64,000 nt of DNA, taken from a virus. The stretch spans positions 5,733-69,732 of IMG/VR virus record IMGVR_UViG_3300009146_000002, one strand, 5' to 3'. Of this stretch, positions 1-9,333 are shown one piece after another. Position 1 is the stretch's first letter. The number at the start of each line of letters is the position of its first letter. A program made the position numbers and the translations under genes. Under the pieces are notes generated by a model. The model had not been told where the DNA came from. It did no database searches and worked only from the letters and a program-made list of their open reading frames with translations.

Positions 1-31
1 GACCGATACCGTCACCCCATCTGGGTTCACG

Positions 32-1417
32 GTGGCGTCCCACTTCAGCAACAGCGCGGGGGAGAGCCTGCAGGGGTCCGCCGCCTACTACCTCCAACCG
101 ACGATCGCGGCGATCGATCCGACGTGGCAGTTCAGCCCCGCGCACGGGAACACGGCGGCCGGCACGGTGGTCTTCCAGGCGACCGCCGTGGCCGCCCGGC
201 TCTCGCAGCTGCCGGTCGAAGTCGTCGTGCTCCCCGCAGCCGAGCTGCGCCTGTCTCAGCTGCCGCTGGAGGTGGTCGTCCTGCCGGCGGCCGGGGCCGG
301 CAGCATCACCCGCATCCAGGCCACCACCAAGGGCACCGCGTTCGCGCAGGCGGTCTCGACCCCGGCGTTTACCGTCCCGCCGACCCTCGGCAACGCGATC
401 ATCGTGCCGGTGACGCTGCGGGGGAGCGCCTCCTTCGCGACCGCGACCTGCACCGACACCTACGGCAACTCCTACGCCCGTGCGACGACGGCCCTCCAGA
501 CCGCGGGGACCGACACCGCCTGTGCGATCTACTACTGCGACACGGTGGTCGCCACCGGGGCCGGCTTCGTCGTCACGGTGGCGGGGATCGGCGGGTCGTC
601 GAGCTGTACCATCTGCGCGATCGAGGTCAACCCGGGGACGTCCCTCGGCCTCGGCCTGGATCAGACCGCGACCGGGATCGGCACCAGCACCACCCCCGCG
701 ACCGCCGCGACCGCGCCGCTCACCGCGGCGGAGGTCTTCGTGGTCGCGGTCCACGTCCACGAGACCAACCAGGCCTCGATCACGGTGGAGGCGGTCACCC
801 CGTCCTGGACGCAGGAGTTCGAGCAGCTCAGTAGCGGCCCTGGTGAAGCGGACAGCCGCCGGCTGACCGGCGTCGCCGGCACCACGACCAGCGTGAGCTG
901 GACCCTGCCGACGACCGGCAACTGGGCGGCGGCGCTCGCCGCCTTCCGCGCCGTCACCACCGCGCCGCCCACGCGCGTCACCCAGGCCGCCGTCGAACTC
1001 CTCAGCCTCCCGACCGCGCCCGCCCGCGTCACCCAGGGCCTCATCGAGGTGCTCGGCGGCGTTGCGACCTCGGCCCCGCCCGCGGAAGGCTTGGTGACCC
1101 AGGCGCTGGTCGAGACGCTCGTGACCTCGCCGCCGCCCCTCGGGGCGCGCGTCACCCAGGTCGCGGTTGAGGTCTTCGCGCCGCGCGTGGTCCCGGGCCG
1201 CAGCACACAGACGGCGCTGGAGGTCTTCACCCCGACGCTCGTCCCCGGGCGCACGACCCAGACCGCGGTGGAACTCTACCGCGGCGATCACGCGCGCGGC
1301 CGCACCACGCAGCTGGTCGTGGAGGTCTTCCTCACCGTCCCGCCCTGCGTGCTCGGCGCCTTCCCGGTCGACGACGCGCCGGCCGGGGGATCTTGCCCCG
1401 CGCCGATCCTGCCCTGA
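32..1417 (+). CDS. Virion/tail-associated protein with RxTQxxVEV repeats (probably 5'-truncated by the window)
   Basis: Thr/Ala/Val-rich beta-type protein in the tail module; the frame is open from the window start. Confidence 0.65.
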   Translation: MASHFSNSAGESLQGSAAYYLQPTIAAIDPTWQFSPAHGNTAAGTVVFQATAVAARLSQLPVEVVVLPAAELRLSQLPLEVVVLPAAGAGSITRIQATTKGTAFAQAVSTPAFTVPPTLGNAIIVPVTLRGSASFATATCTDTYGNSYARATTALQTAGTDTACAIYYCDTVVATGAGFVVTVAGIGGSSSCTICAIEVNPGTSLGLGLDQTATGIGTSTTPATAATAPLTAAEVFVVAVHVHETNQASITVEAVTPSWTQEFEQLSSGPGEADSRRLTGVAGTTTSVSWTLPTTGNWAAALAAFRAVTTAPPTRVTQAAVELLSLPTAPARVTQGLIEVLGGVATSAPPAEGLVTQALVETLVTSPPPLGARVTQVAVEVFAPRVVPGRSTQTALEVFTPTLVPGRTTQTAVELYRGDHARGRTTQLVVEVFLTVPPCVLGAFPVDDAPAGGSCPAPILP

Positions 1418-1421
1418 GACT
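1385..1421 (+). promoter_or_regulatory. Putative late promoter (GGGGGATC-TTGCCC-N17-GAGACT)
   Basis: One of five co-oriented motif copies with exact 17-bp spacing. Confidence 0.6.
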
Positions 1422-1435
1422 GGAGCCGAGCCGCG

Positions 1436-2179
1436 ATGGCCTACACCCAGACCACCCTCGCCGAGCTGCAGACCCTGATGGCGCAGCGCTGGGACAGCGT
1501 GGTCTTCTGGACCCCCGAGGAGGCCCGCCTGGCGCTCAACGAGGCGCTCCGCGACTGGAACCTCCTCACCGGCCGCTGGCGCGAGCGCGTGCTCCTCTCC
1601 GTTGCCGCCGGCGACCCGGAGATCGCGCTCCCGGGCACGATCACCTACGGCCTGCGGCTGACCACCGCCGCCGGCTGGCCGCTCATCCCGTCCTCGCTCA
1701 GCGAACTCGACCTCGGCCACCCGCCCTGGCGGAGCGAGACCATCAGCACGCCCGGCGCGCCCGACCGGCCGATCGTCTTCGCGCCGCTCTCGCTCACGCG
1801 CCTGGCGATCTGGCCAACCTACCCGGTCGCGATGCCGCTCGCGCTCTACCTCGACGGCGTGATGGCGACGCCCGTGCTCACGCTCCCGACCGACACCGTC
1901 AACCTCGGCGAGGAGATCGTCGACGTCATCTCAGACATGGCGCTGCACGTCGCGGCGTTCAAGGAAGCGGGCGACCGCTGGCGCGCCACGCGCCCCTACT
2001 TCGAGGCGTTCCTGCAGGCGGCCGCCGACGAGAACAGCCTGCTCAAGACCTCGCAGGCCTACCGCCGCTGGGCAGGCCTGGACCGCCGGCGCGATCTCCA
2101 ACCCTCGACCGGCGCGCCCACGCAGCTGTCAGGCGTCGCGCAGCAGTTCAGCCGCCATGACCAGGCCGAGCAGGAGTAG
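1436..2179 (+). CDS. Head-tail adaptor-like protein (podovirus gp4/tail tube A type)
   Basis: N-terminal helical TLAELQ..FWTPEEARLALNEA pattern, size, and position before the nozzle gene. Confidence 0.6.
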   Translation: MAYTQTTLAELQTLMAQRWDSVVFWTPEEARLALNEALRDWNLLTGRWRERVLLSVAAGDPEIALPGTITYGLRLTTAAGWPLIPSSLSELDLGHPPWRSETISTPGAPDRPIVFAPLSLTRLAIWPTYPVAMPLALYLDGVMATPVLTLPTDTVNLGEEIVDVISDMALHVAAFKEAGDRWRATRPYFEAFLQAAADENSLLKTSQAYRRWAGLDRRRDLQPSTGAPTQLSGVAQQFSRHDQAEQE

Positions 2180-2182
2180 CCG

Positions 2183-2818
2183 ATGACCGACCGCGAGCTG
2201 CTCTCCGAACTCCAGTACGTCCTGATCGAACCGCCCGACCAGGGCGACACCTGGCCGTCGCTCATCTGGACGCGCGACGAAGTCCTCGACGCCGTCAACG
2301 GCGGCGTGCGCGCGCTCGTCCACGACACGCATATGCAAGTGGCCCGGCTGGAGATCGCCGTGCCGGCCGACACCGCCCGCATCGACCACCCGGCCGACTG
2401 GCTCGCCACCGCGGCGCTGGTCTGGCGGGCGGCCGACGGGACGCGCACGCCGCTCGGGCCGGTGGACGGTCTGGAAGGCGATCTCGCGCAGCCCGGCTGG
2501 GAGACCACCCCCGGCCTCCCGCTCGGCTACGCGGACCTCGACGGCGAGACGCTCACCTTCCGCCTGGTGCCCACCCCGGCGGCCGCGGGCGTCGTCGAGC
2601 TGCTCTACATTGCGGTGCCGGCCCTCGCCACCGGCACCGCGCCTGGCGCGCCGCTCCCGCTCGCACCGGAGTTCACCTCCGGCCTGAAGTACGCCGCGCT
2701 CGGCACGCTCCTCCGCAAGGTCGGGCGTCTGCTCGATGACGAGCGGGCGCAGTACAGCGAGCGCCGCTACCAGCTGACCACCACCGCCGCCGATCTCCTC
2801 CTCGGAGGCTTCAGCTAA
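2183..2818 (+). CDS. Second adaptor-like paralog
   Basis: WTRDEVLDAVNGG helix and LVPTP..LKYAALG pattern resemble the preceding gene. Confidence 0.55.
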   Translation: MTDRELLSELQYVLIEPPDQGDTWPSLIWTRDEVLDAVNGGVRALVHDTHMQVARLEIAVPADTARIDHPADWLATAALVWRAADGTRTPLGPVDGLEGDLAQPGWETTPGLPLGYADLDGETLTFRLVPTPAAAGVVELLYIAVPALATGTAPGAPLPLAPEFTSGLKYAALGTLLRKVGRLLDDERAQYSERRYQLTTTAADLLLGGFS

Positions 2819-5800
2819 TGGCCGAACAGATCAGCCGCCGCGCGCAGAACGTCACCGACGCCAAGTTCGAGGGGGCGTTCGAGACGCAGATCGTGCGCTT
2901 CGGCTCGGGCTCGCTCAACCTCAAGGACTCGCTCGACACGCTCGAAGGCTGGGCGCGCCACACCAACGTCTGGCACGAGTCAGAAGGCGAGGCGACCGCG
3001 CGCCCCGGGCAGACCTCGCTCGCCACCCACGGCAGCGGCACGACCTGCCACTCCATCCGCAAGCTGCGCGATCCCAACAGCGCCGCCACCACCCGCCTGT
3101 GGGGCGTCGGTACCACGCTCCACCGCGGGCGCGACGGCGCGACCACCTCGATCGCCACCGGCTTCAGCGGCGACCCGCTGGCGCTCCTCCCGCACCGGCC
3201 GCCGCTCTCGGGCGAGCCGTGGATGTTCGTCGGCGACCGCCTCAAGATGGTGAAGGTCCGCGCCGACGGCCTCACGCTCCCGATCGGCCTGCCGGCCCCC
3301 GGGACGCCCGACACCGCGCTCCACACCGAGTACCGCACCGGCATCGCGATGTGCGAGGCGGGCGACAGCACCGCGGCGGCCGCCTGGGTGCCGGCGCCCG
3401 GGACGACCTCGGCGGGTGAACCGACCAGCACGCCCCTAGCCGCCACCGCCGACTTCGGCATCGCGCCCAGCGGCAGCGAGTCGATCTACTGCGTCACCGA
3501 TCCGGGGCCGCTCCCCGAGCCCGAGCCCGGGGCGGGCGGCGTCGCCTACGACTCCTGGTGGGGGGTGCCGGTCGACCGCAACCTGACCACCGTGACCGAG
3601 GTCGGCGGGAGCGACACCCGGCCGGCGACCGATGACGACCTCATCCACATCTCGATGAAGACGTCGTCGCCGGCCGAGCTGGCGGAGATCCGCCTGTATC
3701 TCGTCTGCGCCGCCACCTTCGACCCGCTCATCCTGCCGGGCCTCGGGGAGGCTAACCAGGATGCCTACGTCAAGGCGTTCCGCCCGAACGACTACGTGCA
3801 GTTCGTGCAGGCGGCCCAGGCGCAGATCGACGCGGCCGAGTCGGCGCGCATCCACGCGCTGCGCGACCGCGACAGCCAGGCGCGCGGCTTCGACGACGTG
3901 CGCGGCAGCTGGGCCACCCAGCGCGAGATCAGCGACCCGGCTCGCGCGCAATCCTTCCAGATTGGGCTGGGCGCGCACCAGTGGTTCAGCTACGGCCTGA
4001 CCGGCTCGCCCTTCCGTCGCGGCGACTTCCAGCGCATCGGCTCGACCCCCGGCCGCAACTGGTCGACGATCACCGGCGTCATCGTCTACCTGCGCACGAT
4101 GCCCGGGACCGGCCCCATCGCCATCGGCGTCGACGACATCTACCTGACCGGCGGCTGGGGCCCGGACACGGCCGAGGCTGGCGCACAGCCCTACGACTAC
4201 CGGGCCACGCACTACGACCCGCGCACCGGCTGTGAGAGTAACGGCAGCGAGGAGCAGGAGACGCTGGTCGTCATCGACCCGCTCCGCCGCGCCGTCGACG
4301 TCACCCCGCCCGCCTTCGGCGACGCGGCGGTGCGTCAGCGCATCTACCGGCGCGGCGGCTCGCTCATCGACGACTGGTACTACTGCGGCGAGAACGACGG
4401 CGACGGCGCGACCTTCGTCGACGGCCTGCACGACTCGGAGATCGTGGCGGCCGGCATCCTCCCGACCGACCACTACCAGCCGGTGCCCACCATCGACGAT
4501 GCCACCGGCGACACGGTCCTGGCGCAGCCGGTCCCGTCGCTCTGGGGGCCGGTCGACGGGCTGCTCTTCGCCTGCGGCGATCCGCACCGCCCCGGGCATG
4601 TCTACTACTGCGTTGGCGGCCAGCCCGACCACTGGTCGGCCTCGGGGAACGTCGAAGTCTGCGCGCCCTCCGAAGAGCTGATGAACGGCGGCGTCGCCGG
4701 CCACCAGGCGTTCGTCTTCAGTCGCTCGCGGATGTACTTCCTCTACCCGAACCTCTCGGGCAGCGAAGGCGTCACCGCCGCGCCCGCGCTCTGCACGCGC
4801 GGCCTCCTGGGCCGCTGGTCCTACTGCACCGGCCCGGGCGGGCTCATCTTCTTCGTCGCCGAGGATGGCGTCTTCGCGACCTCGGGCGGGCCGGAGGAGT
4901 GGCTGTCGGAGGCGATCAACCCGCTCTTCTACGGCACGGCGGTCAACGGCTACGCCCCGATCGACAAGAGCCTGACGACCTCCATCCGCTTGACCTGCTG
5001 GGAGAACGACCTCTTCTTCCTCTACCAGGACACGGGCGGCGCCTACCAGGTGCTGGTCTTCTCGATCCTGCAGAAGTTCTGGCGCCACTACCGCTTCGGC
5101 CAGCCGCCCGCCGTCGTCCAGGGCGAGGACGAGCCCATCCTCCTCTTCGGCGGCCACCTCACCGGCGCCAGCTACACGCACGACGGCACCTCGGACGCCG
5201 GCCTGCCCATCGCCTGCACGATCCGCACGGGCTCAGCCTCGGGCGGCCGGCGCGAAGAGAAGCTCTACGGCGACATCTTCCTCGACGCCGACCCGGGCGC
5301 CGCGTCGATCGACGTGCAGGTGTACCTGAACGAGGAGACGCATATCGATCTTCCGATCCCGGTCAGCTCGGCCGTCGCCGGCCGGCAGCGCTTCCTGCTC
5401 GACCCCTTCGGCGTCAACCCGCAGAAGGCGCACTCGATCGCCACCGAGCTGCGGTGGTCGACCGCCGGCGCGCCGCCGACGATCTTCCAGCTTGGCTACG
5501 CGATGACGCTCCAGCCCGACATCACCAACAAGCGGGTGACCAACTGGGACGACCTGAACAGCCCCGACGAAGTCTGGCTCACCGGCGTGACGCTCGACTG
5601 CGATACGGGCGGGGCGGACAAGACGATCCTGGTCGAGCGCGACTTCCACGGCGAGCGGATCCTGGTCGACACGCTCACGGTCAACTCAACCAACCGGCAC
5701 AAGTTCAAGTTCAGCTGGCCGGCGGTGCCCGCCAACATGGTGCGCCTGCGGCCCGACGCGATCGACTGCGCGACCTGGATCCTCTACCGCGCCGACTGGA

Positions 5801-6828
5801 TCTACGTCCAGGAGCCGCCGCGCATCGCGCACTGGGACATCCACTTCGAGAACGCCTGGGACCAGTACTACACGGGCCTCGACCTCTACTGCGACACGGG
5901 CGGCGCCGAGAAGTTCATCGAGGTCTGGGTCGACGAGGTCCGCCTCACGCATCCGCACACCGGCGAGACGTTCTGGCGCGTGACCGCCAACGGGCGCAAG
6001 ACGGTCCACCTGACCCTCCCCTGGGGCCGGGGCCATGTCTTCCGCTTCCTGGCGATCGACGAGAACGCCGGCCTGCTCTACACGCACCGGTGGCACCTCC
6101 AGGCTGAGCCGTCCGAGCAGGCCAACTGGAACCAGAACTTCAGCATCCTGGGTACCCGCGCCGACAAGTGGCTGAAGGCGGTCATCTTCGAGTGCGACAC
6201 GTACGGCGCCGACAAGCAGGTCCAGATCGAAGTCGACGGCACGGTCGTCGAGACGCTCACGGTGAACACCACCGGCCGCCGCGTCGTGCAGCTCGCCCTC
6301 AACCAGCAGGCGCTCGGGCGCGTCTGGCGCATGTTCCCGGTCGACGCCTTCCCGGGCCGGCTCTACTCGGCCGAGCCGCTCTTCGATGAGGAGCCGTTCC
6401 AGCTCGACCGCTGGGAGACGCAGGAGACCAACCACGGGCTGCCCGGCTGGTTCTACCCGCTCTACGGGCACCTCACCATGAAGTCGACCGCCGACGTCAC
6501 GCTCACCACCACCGTGCAGCACAACCAGGTGGGCGGGACGACGATGCATAGCTATGTCATCCCGGCCACCGGCGGGCAGAAGCAGCGGCGCTTCCTGAAC
6601 GGCTTCCAGGCGGTCAAGGGCGTGCTGATCAAGTACGTCCTGACCTCGCCCAACCCGTTCTGGCTCTACCGCGACGAGACGACGCTCGTCATCCAGCCCT
6701 GGGGCGCGGCGCGCGCCATCACCGTGTCGCCCTTCGGCAACGACGATCTCGACCCCTCCCGGCCCATGACGCACGCGGTCCTGGCCGCGCAGGCCAGCGG
6801 GGGCGCGCCAGGCGGGGAGGCGGGCTAG
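2818..6828 (+). CDS. Tail nozzle/stabilisation protein (P22 gp10 / T7 gp12-like) with extra domains
   Basis: 1336 aa beta-rich protein after the adaptors, with propeller-like segments (LFACG..VYYC..PDHW; IFFVAEDGVF). Confidence 0.65.
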   Translation: MAEQISRRAQNVTDAKFEGAFETQIVRFGSGSLNLKDSLDTLEGWARHTNVWHESEGEATARPGQTSLATHGSGTTCHSIRKLRDPNSAATTRLWGVGTTLHRGRDGATTSIATGFSGDPLALLPHRPPLSGEPWMFVGDRLKMVKVRADGLTLPIGLPAPGTPDTALHTEYRTGIAMCEAGDSTAAAAWVPAPGTTSAGEPTSTPLAATADFGIAPSGSESIYCVTDPGPLPEPEPGAGGVAYDSWWGVPVDRNLTTVTEVGGSDTRPATDDDLIHISMKTSSPAELAEIRLYLVCAATFDPLILPGLGEANQDAYVKAFRPNDYVQFVQAAQAQIDAAESARIHALRDRDSQARGFDDVRGSWATQREISDPARAQSFQIGLGAHQWFSYGLTGSPFRRGDFQRIGSTPGRNWSTITGVIVYLRTMPGTGPIAIGVDDIYLTGGWGPDTAEAGAQPYDYRATHYDPRTGCESNGSEEQETLVVIDPLRRAVDVTPPAFGDAAVRQRIYRRGGSLIDDWYYCGENDGDGATFVDGLHDSEIVAAGILPTDHYQPVPTIDDATGDTVLAQPVPSLWGPVDGLLFACGDPHRPGHVYYCVGGQPDHWSASGNVEVCAPSEELMNGGVAGHQAFVFSRSRMYFLYPNLSGSEGVTAAPALCTRGLLGRWSYCTGPGGLIFFVAEDGVFATSGGPEEWLSEAINPLFYGTAVNGYAPIDKSLTTSIRLTCWENDLFFLYQDTGGAYQVLVFSILQKFWRHYRFGQPPAVVQGEDEPILLFGGHLTGASYTHDGTSDAGLPIACTIRTGSASGGRREEKLYGDIFLDADPGAASIDVQVYLNEETHIDLPIPVSSAVAGRQRFLLDPFGVNPQKAHSIATELRWSTAGAPPTIFQLGYAMTLQPDITNKRVTNWDDLNSPDEVWLTGVTLDCDTGGADKTILVERDFHGERILVDTLTVNSTNRHKFKFSWPAVPANMVRLRPDAIDCATWILYRADWIYVQEPPRIAHWDIHFENAWDQYYTGLDLYCDTGGAEKFIEVWVDEVRLTHPHTGETFWRVTANGRKTVHLTLPWGRGHVFRFLAIDENAGLLYTHRWHLQAEPSEQANWNQNFSILGTRADKWLKAVIFECDTYGADKQVQIEVDGTVVETLTVNTTGRRVVQLALNQQALGRVWRMFPVDAFPGRLYSAEPLFDEEPFQLDRWETQETNHGLPGWFYPLYGHLTMKSTADVTLTTTVQHNQVGGTTMHSYVIPATGGQKQRRFLNGFQAVKGVLIKYVLTSPNPFWLYRDETTLVIQPWGAARAITVSPFGNDDLDPSRPMTHAVLAAQASGGAPGGEAG

Positions 6829-6831
6829 CGC

Positions 6832-9297
6832 GTGCCCTACATCAACAGCGTCGGCAGCGTGTGCCACGGGGTGGGGGGCGGCAACGCCCACCTCAACAAC
6901 GTGGCGTTCTCGCCGGGGGCGGTCCTCGGCTGGATGAACGACACCACGGTGGCGTTCACCAACGCGAGCGACAGCTACCTGGTCTCGAAGTACGACGTCC
7001 CGACGACCACGATCACGCGCCTCACCCCGAACGCCTCCGCGAACAACGGCGGCGCGGGGGGCAACCACGCCGCCTGGTGGCTGGCGCCGGCGGGGACGGC
7101 GGGGCTCTACGCGACGACGGGCCTCCGCCTGCCGTCGGCGGGGATGCTGGCGATGGGGCCCGACGGGGCCATCGCCTACAAGCCGAGCTACAGCTCCAGC
7201 GGCCCGACGCGCGTCCGCGAACTCTCCGGCGCCGACTGGCAGCTCACCCCCAACCACGCCTACGCGCTGCAGCTGCTCGGCGCGGGACGCGCGATCTGGA
7301 TCGACAGCGTCCTGGGCCTGCGGACGATCGGCATCCCGACACCGGCCGTCCTGGCTGGTCCGATCGGCTTCCCCTATGCCTTCCTGATCGGCGGCGTGTG
7401 GTGGATCGGGTACTGGAGCGAGCTGAACGGCACGGTCATGCATCCGTTCACCACCCCGAACCTCGACCACGTCCTGGTCCCGGCGGGCGTGGACAACTGG
7501 CCAGCCTTCCGCGCGCTCAGCAACAACACCGTCCGCTTCGCCTGGTCGAGCACCGAAGCCGAGCAGGCCGGCCAGATCACCGCCACCACGATCACGATCG
7601 CGGGCGTGCCCTCGGGGCCGACCGGGCCGGTCACCGGGGGCGGCGGGCCCGCGCACTGGCCAGTCGTCTTCCCCGACGGCCTGGTCGCGCGCGTCGAGGC
7701 GTCGCAGGCGGGCGGCGCAGCGACCGTCACCTTCGGCAGTGACGCGCCGATTGCCCTGCCCTCGCACGGCCTCTATCCGGTGGGCGCGATCATCTCGGGC
7801 GTCCACACGATCATCCTGCAGTCGAACGATGACATCGCGCGCACCGTCACGCGCGCCGGCACCATCACCGCGCGCGGGCCGACGTTTGGCACCGACGGCG
7901 TGTGGATCGACAACACGAACGTGATCGTCAACGTCGAGTCGGCGTCGCTCGTGCGCTACAACGGGACGCCGCAGACCCATCCCTACCCCGGCGGCCAGGG
8001 CATCGCCGAGGCTGGCAACCGCCCGTTCGCCTCCATCACCTGGATGGACACGCATCTCTCCGGTACGGTCCTCGGCCGCGCCGTCGCGCGCTGGTCGCGG
8101 GTCGGCGTCTACACCGTCGCGCAGGACGCGGCGACCGGCTACGGCGTCGTCCACGACGGCACCCAGTGGCACGTCGCGATCCCCGCCGCGCTGCTCGTCG
8201 CTCCGCGCCTCACCGTGCTCGCGAGCGACGGCAGCGCGGTGGTGACCTGCTTCCCCGGCTACGTCGTCACCAGTGCGTCGTGGGCGACGCCCGGCGGCGG
8301 CACCGGCGGCACCGGCGAGACGCTCCCGGGCGGCGTCGGCTCGGTCGCCCCGCGCGCGCAGATCGCGCCCCGCCCCCGCCTCACGCGCCAGTACCCGCAC
8401 GTCGACGCCATCACTGACTGGCGCGCGCAGCAGACCTCGCGCCTGCTGTGGGACCGGGTGTTCGATCTCGAAGAGCGGCTGCAGGCCTCCGAGCAGACGG
8501 CGGGGGATCTTGTGCCCATCTCAAACTCGCAGGACGCTTACCTCGCCTCGCTTCAGGCGCTGTCGGGCGAGGCGCTCACGCTGGCGCAGATCACGCGGAG
8601 CCAGCTGGAGTCCGCCGCCGGCGCGGGGAACCTGCCGGCGCAGGCGCCCAATATGTTCGCCACCGTCCAGGCGCGCCTGACGGCGGGCGTCCCGGGCGGC
8701 GGCACCTGGGATCTGACGGTGCAGCTCGGGCCGACCGGGCAGAGCAAGTTCGTCGAGGCGGTGGTCGATGACCTGCACGCGATCGATGTGCGCTGGGGGC
8801 ATGTGCATAAGTCGGGCGGGCAGAACGGGTCGGTCGAGACGGGCGGGGACGGGCACGCCGTCGATGCGATCAACTGGAAGAACCCCGACGGGGTGACCGC
8901 CGAGGTGTACGACATCGTCAGCGGTGGCGGGGCGATCCAGTGGCTGTTCCAGAACCGGGACACCGACGCGCTGGCGCGGTGGAAGTATCCGGCCTCGGGC
9001 GTCCCGATCGGCGGGCCGCTGGGCGGGTCGGCGAGTAACCCCATCATCGCCATGAGCAGCGTGCCGGCGAACATCGAGGCGTCGGTCGCGGCCAGCATGG
9101 CGTGGTACGTGGCGAACACCACCGGGCCGAGTAACCCGAGCGCGGCCTACTGGGTCGGGCTGGCGAGCACGCCCACCGCCTTCAGCAACGGGAAGTGGTA
9201 CCTGGGCTGGAACAAGTACTGGGAAGACCGGATGAGCCCGACCAACACGGGCAGTGCGGATCCGAACGGCGGCGGGCTGCCCGCCGTGCATACCTGA
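6832..9297 (+). CDS. Virion structural protein (spike/needle-like, multidomain with a coiled coil)
   Basis: 821 aa, beta-rich N-terminus, coiled coil LLWDRVFDLEERLQ, tail-module position. Confidence 0.5.
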   Translation: MPYINSVGSVCHGVGGGNAHLNNVAFSPGAVLGWMNDTTVAFTNASDSYLVSKYDVPTTTITRLTPNASANNGGAGGNHAAWWLAPAGTAGLYATTGLRLPSAGMLAMGPDGAIAYKPSYSSSGPTRVRELSGADWQLTPNHAYALQLLGAGRAIWIDSVLGLRTIGIPTPAVLAGPIGFPYAFLIGGVWWIGYWSELNGTVMHPFTTPNLDHVLVPAGVDNWPAFRALSNNTVRFAWSSTEAEQAGQITATTITIAGVPSGPTGPVTGGGGPAHWPVVFPDGLVARVEASQAGGAATVTFGSDAPIALPSHGLYPVGAIISGVHTIILQSNDDIARTVTRAGTITARGPTFGTDGVWIDNTNVIVNVESASLVRYNGTPQTHPYPGGQGIAEAGNRPFASITWMDTHLSGTVLGRAVARWSRVGVYTVAQDAATGYGVVHDGTQWHVAIPAALLVAPRLTVLASDGSAVVTCFPGYVVTSASWATPGGGTGGTGETLPGGVGSVAPRAQIAPRPRLTRQYPHVDAITDWRAQQTSRLLWDRVFDLEERLQASEQTAGDLVPISNSQDAYLASLQALSGEALTLAQITRSQLESAAGAGNLPAQAPNMFATVQARLTAGVPGGGTWDLTVQLGPTGQSKFVEAVVDDLHAIDVRWGHVHKSGGQNGSVETGGDGHAVDAINWKNPDGVTAEVYDIVSGGGAIQWLFQNRDTDALARWKYPASGVPIGGPLGGSASNPIIAMSSVPANIEASVAASMAWYVANTTGPSNPSAAYWVGLASTPTAFSNGKWYLGWNKYWEDRMSPTNTGSADPNGGGLPAVHT
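8502..8538 (+). promoter_or_regulatory. Putative internal late promoter (GGGGGATC-TTGTGC-N17-GACGCT)
   Basis: Motif copy inside a CDS, accompanied by locally atypical A/T-ending codons. Confidence 0.55.
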
Positions 9298-9333
9298 GCA
9301 GCAGGCGGCAGGCAGCAGGAGCAGAAGCGAGCG

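Noticed and set aside
3436-8400. Long antisense ORFs (581 aa, 904 aa; likewise 54867-57683 and 60932-62683)
   Set aside because: Shadow frames of real genes in high-GC DNA, with no motifs or RBS
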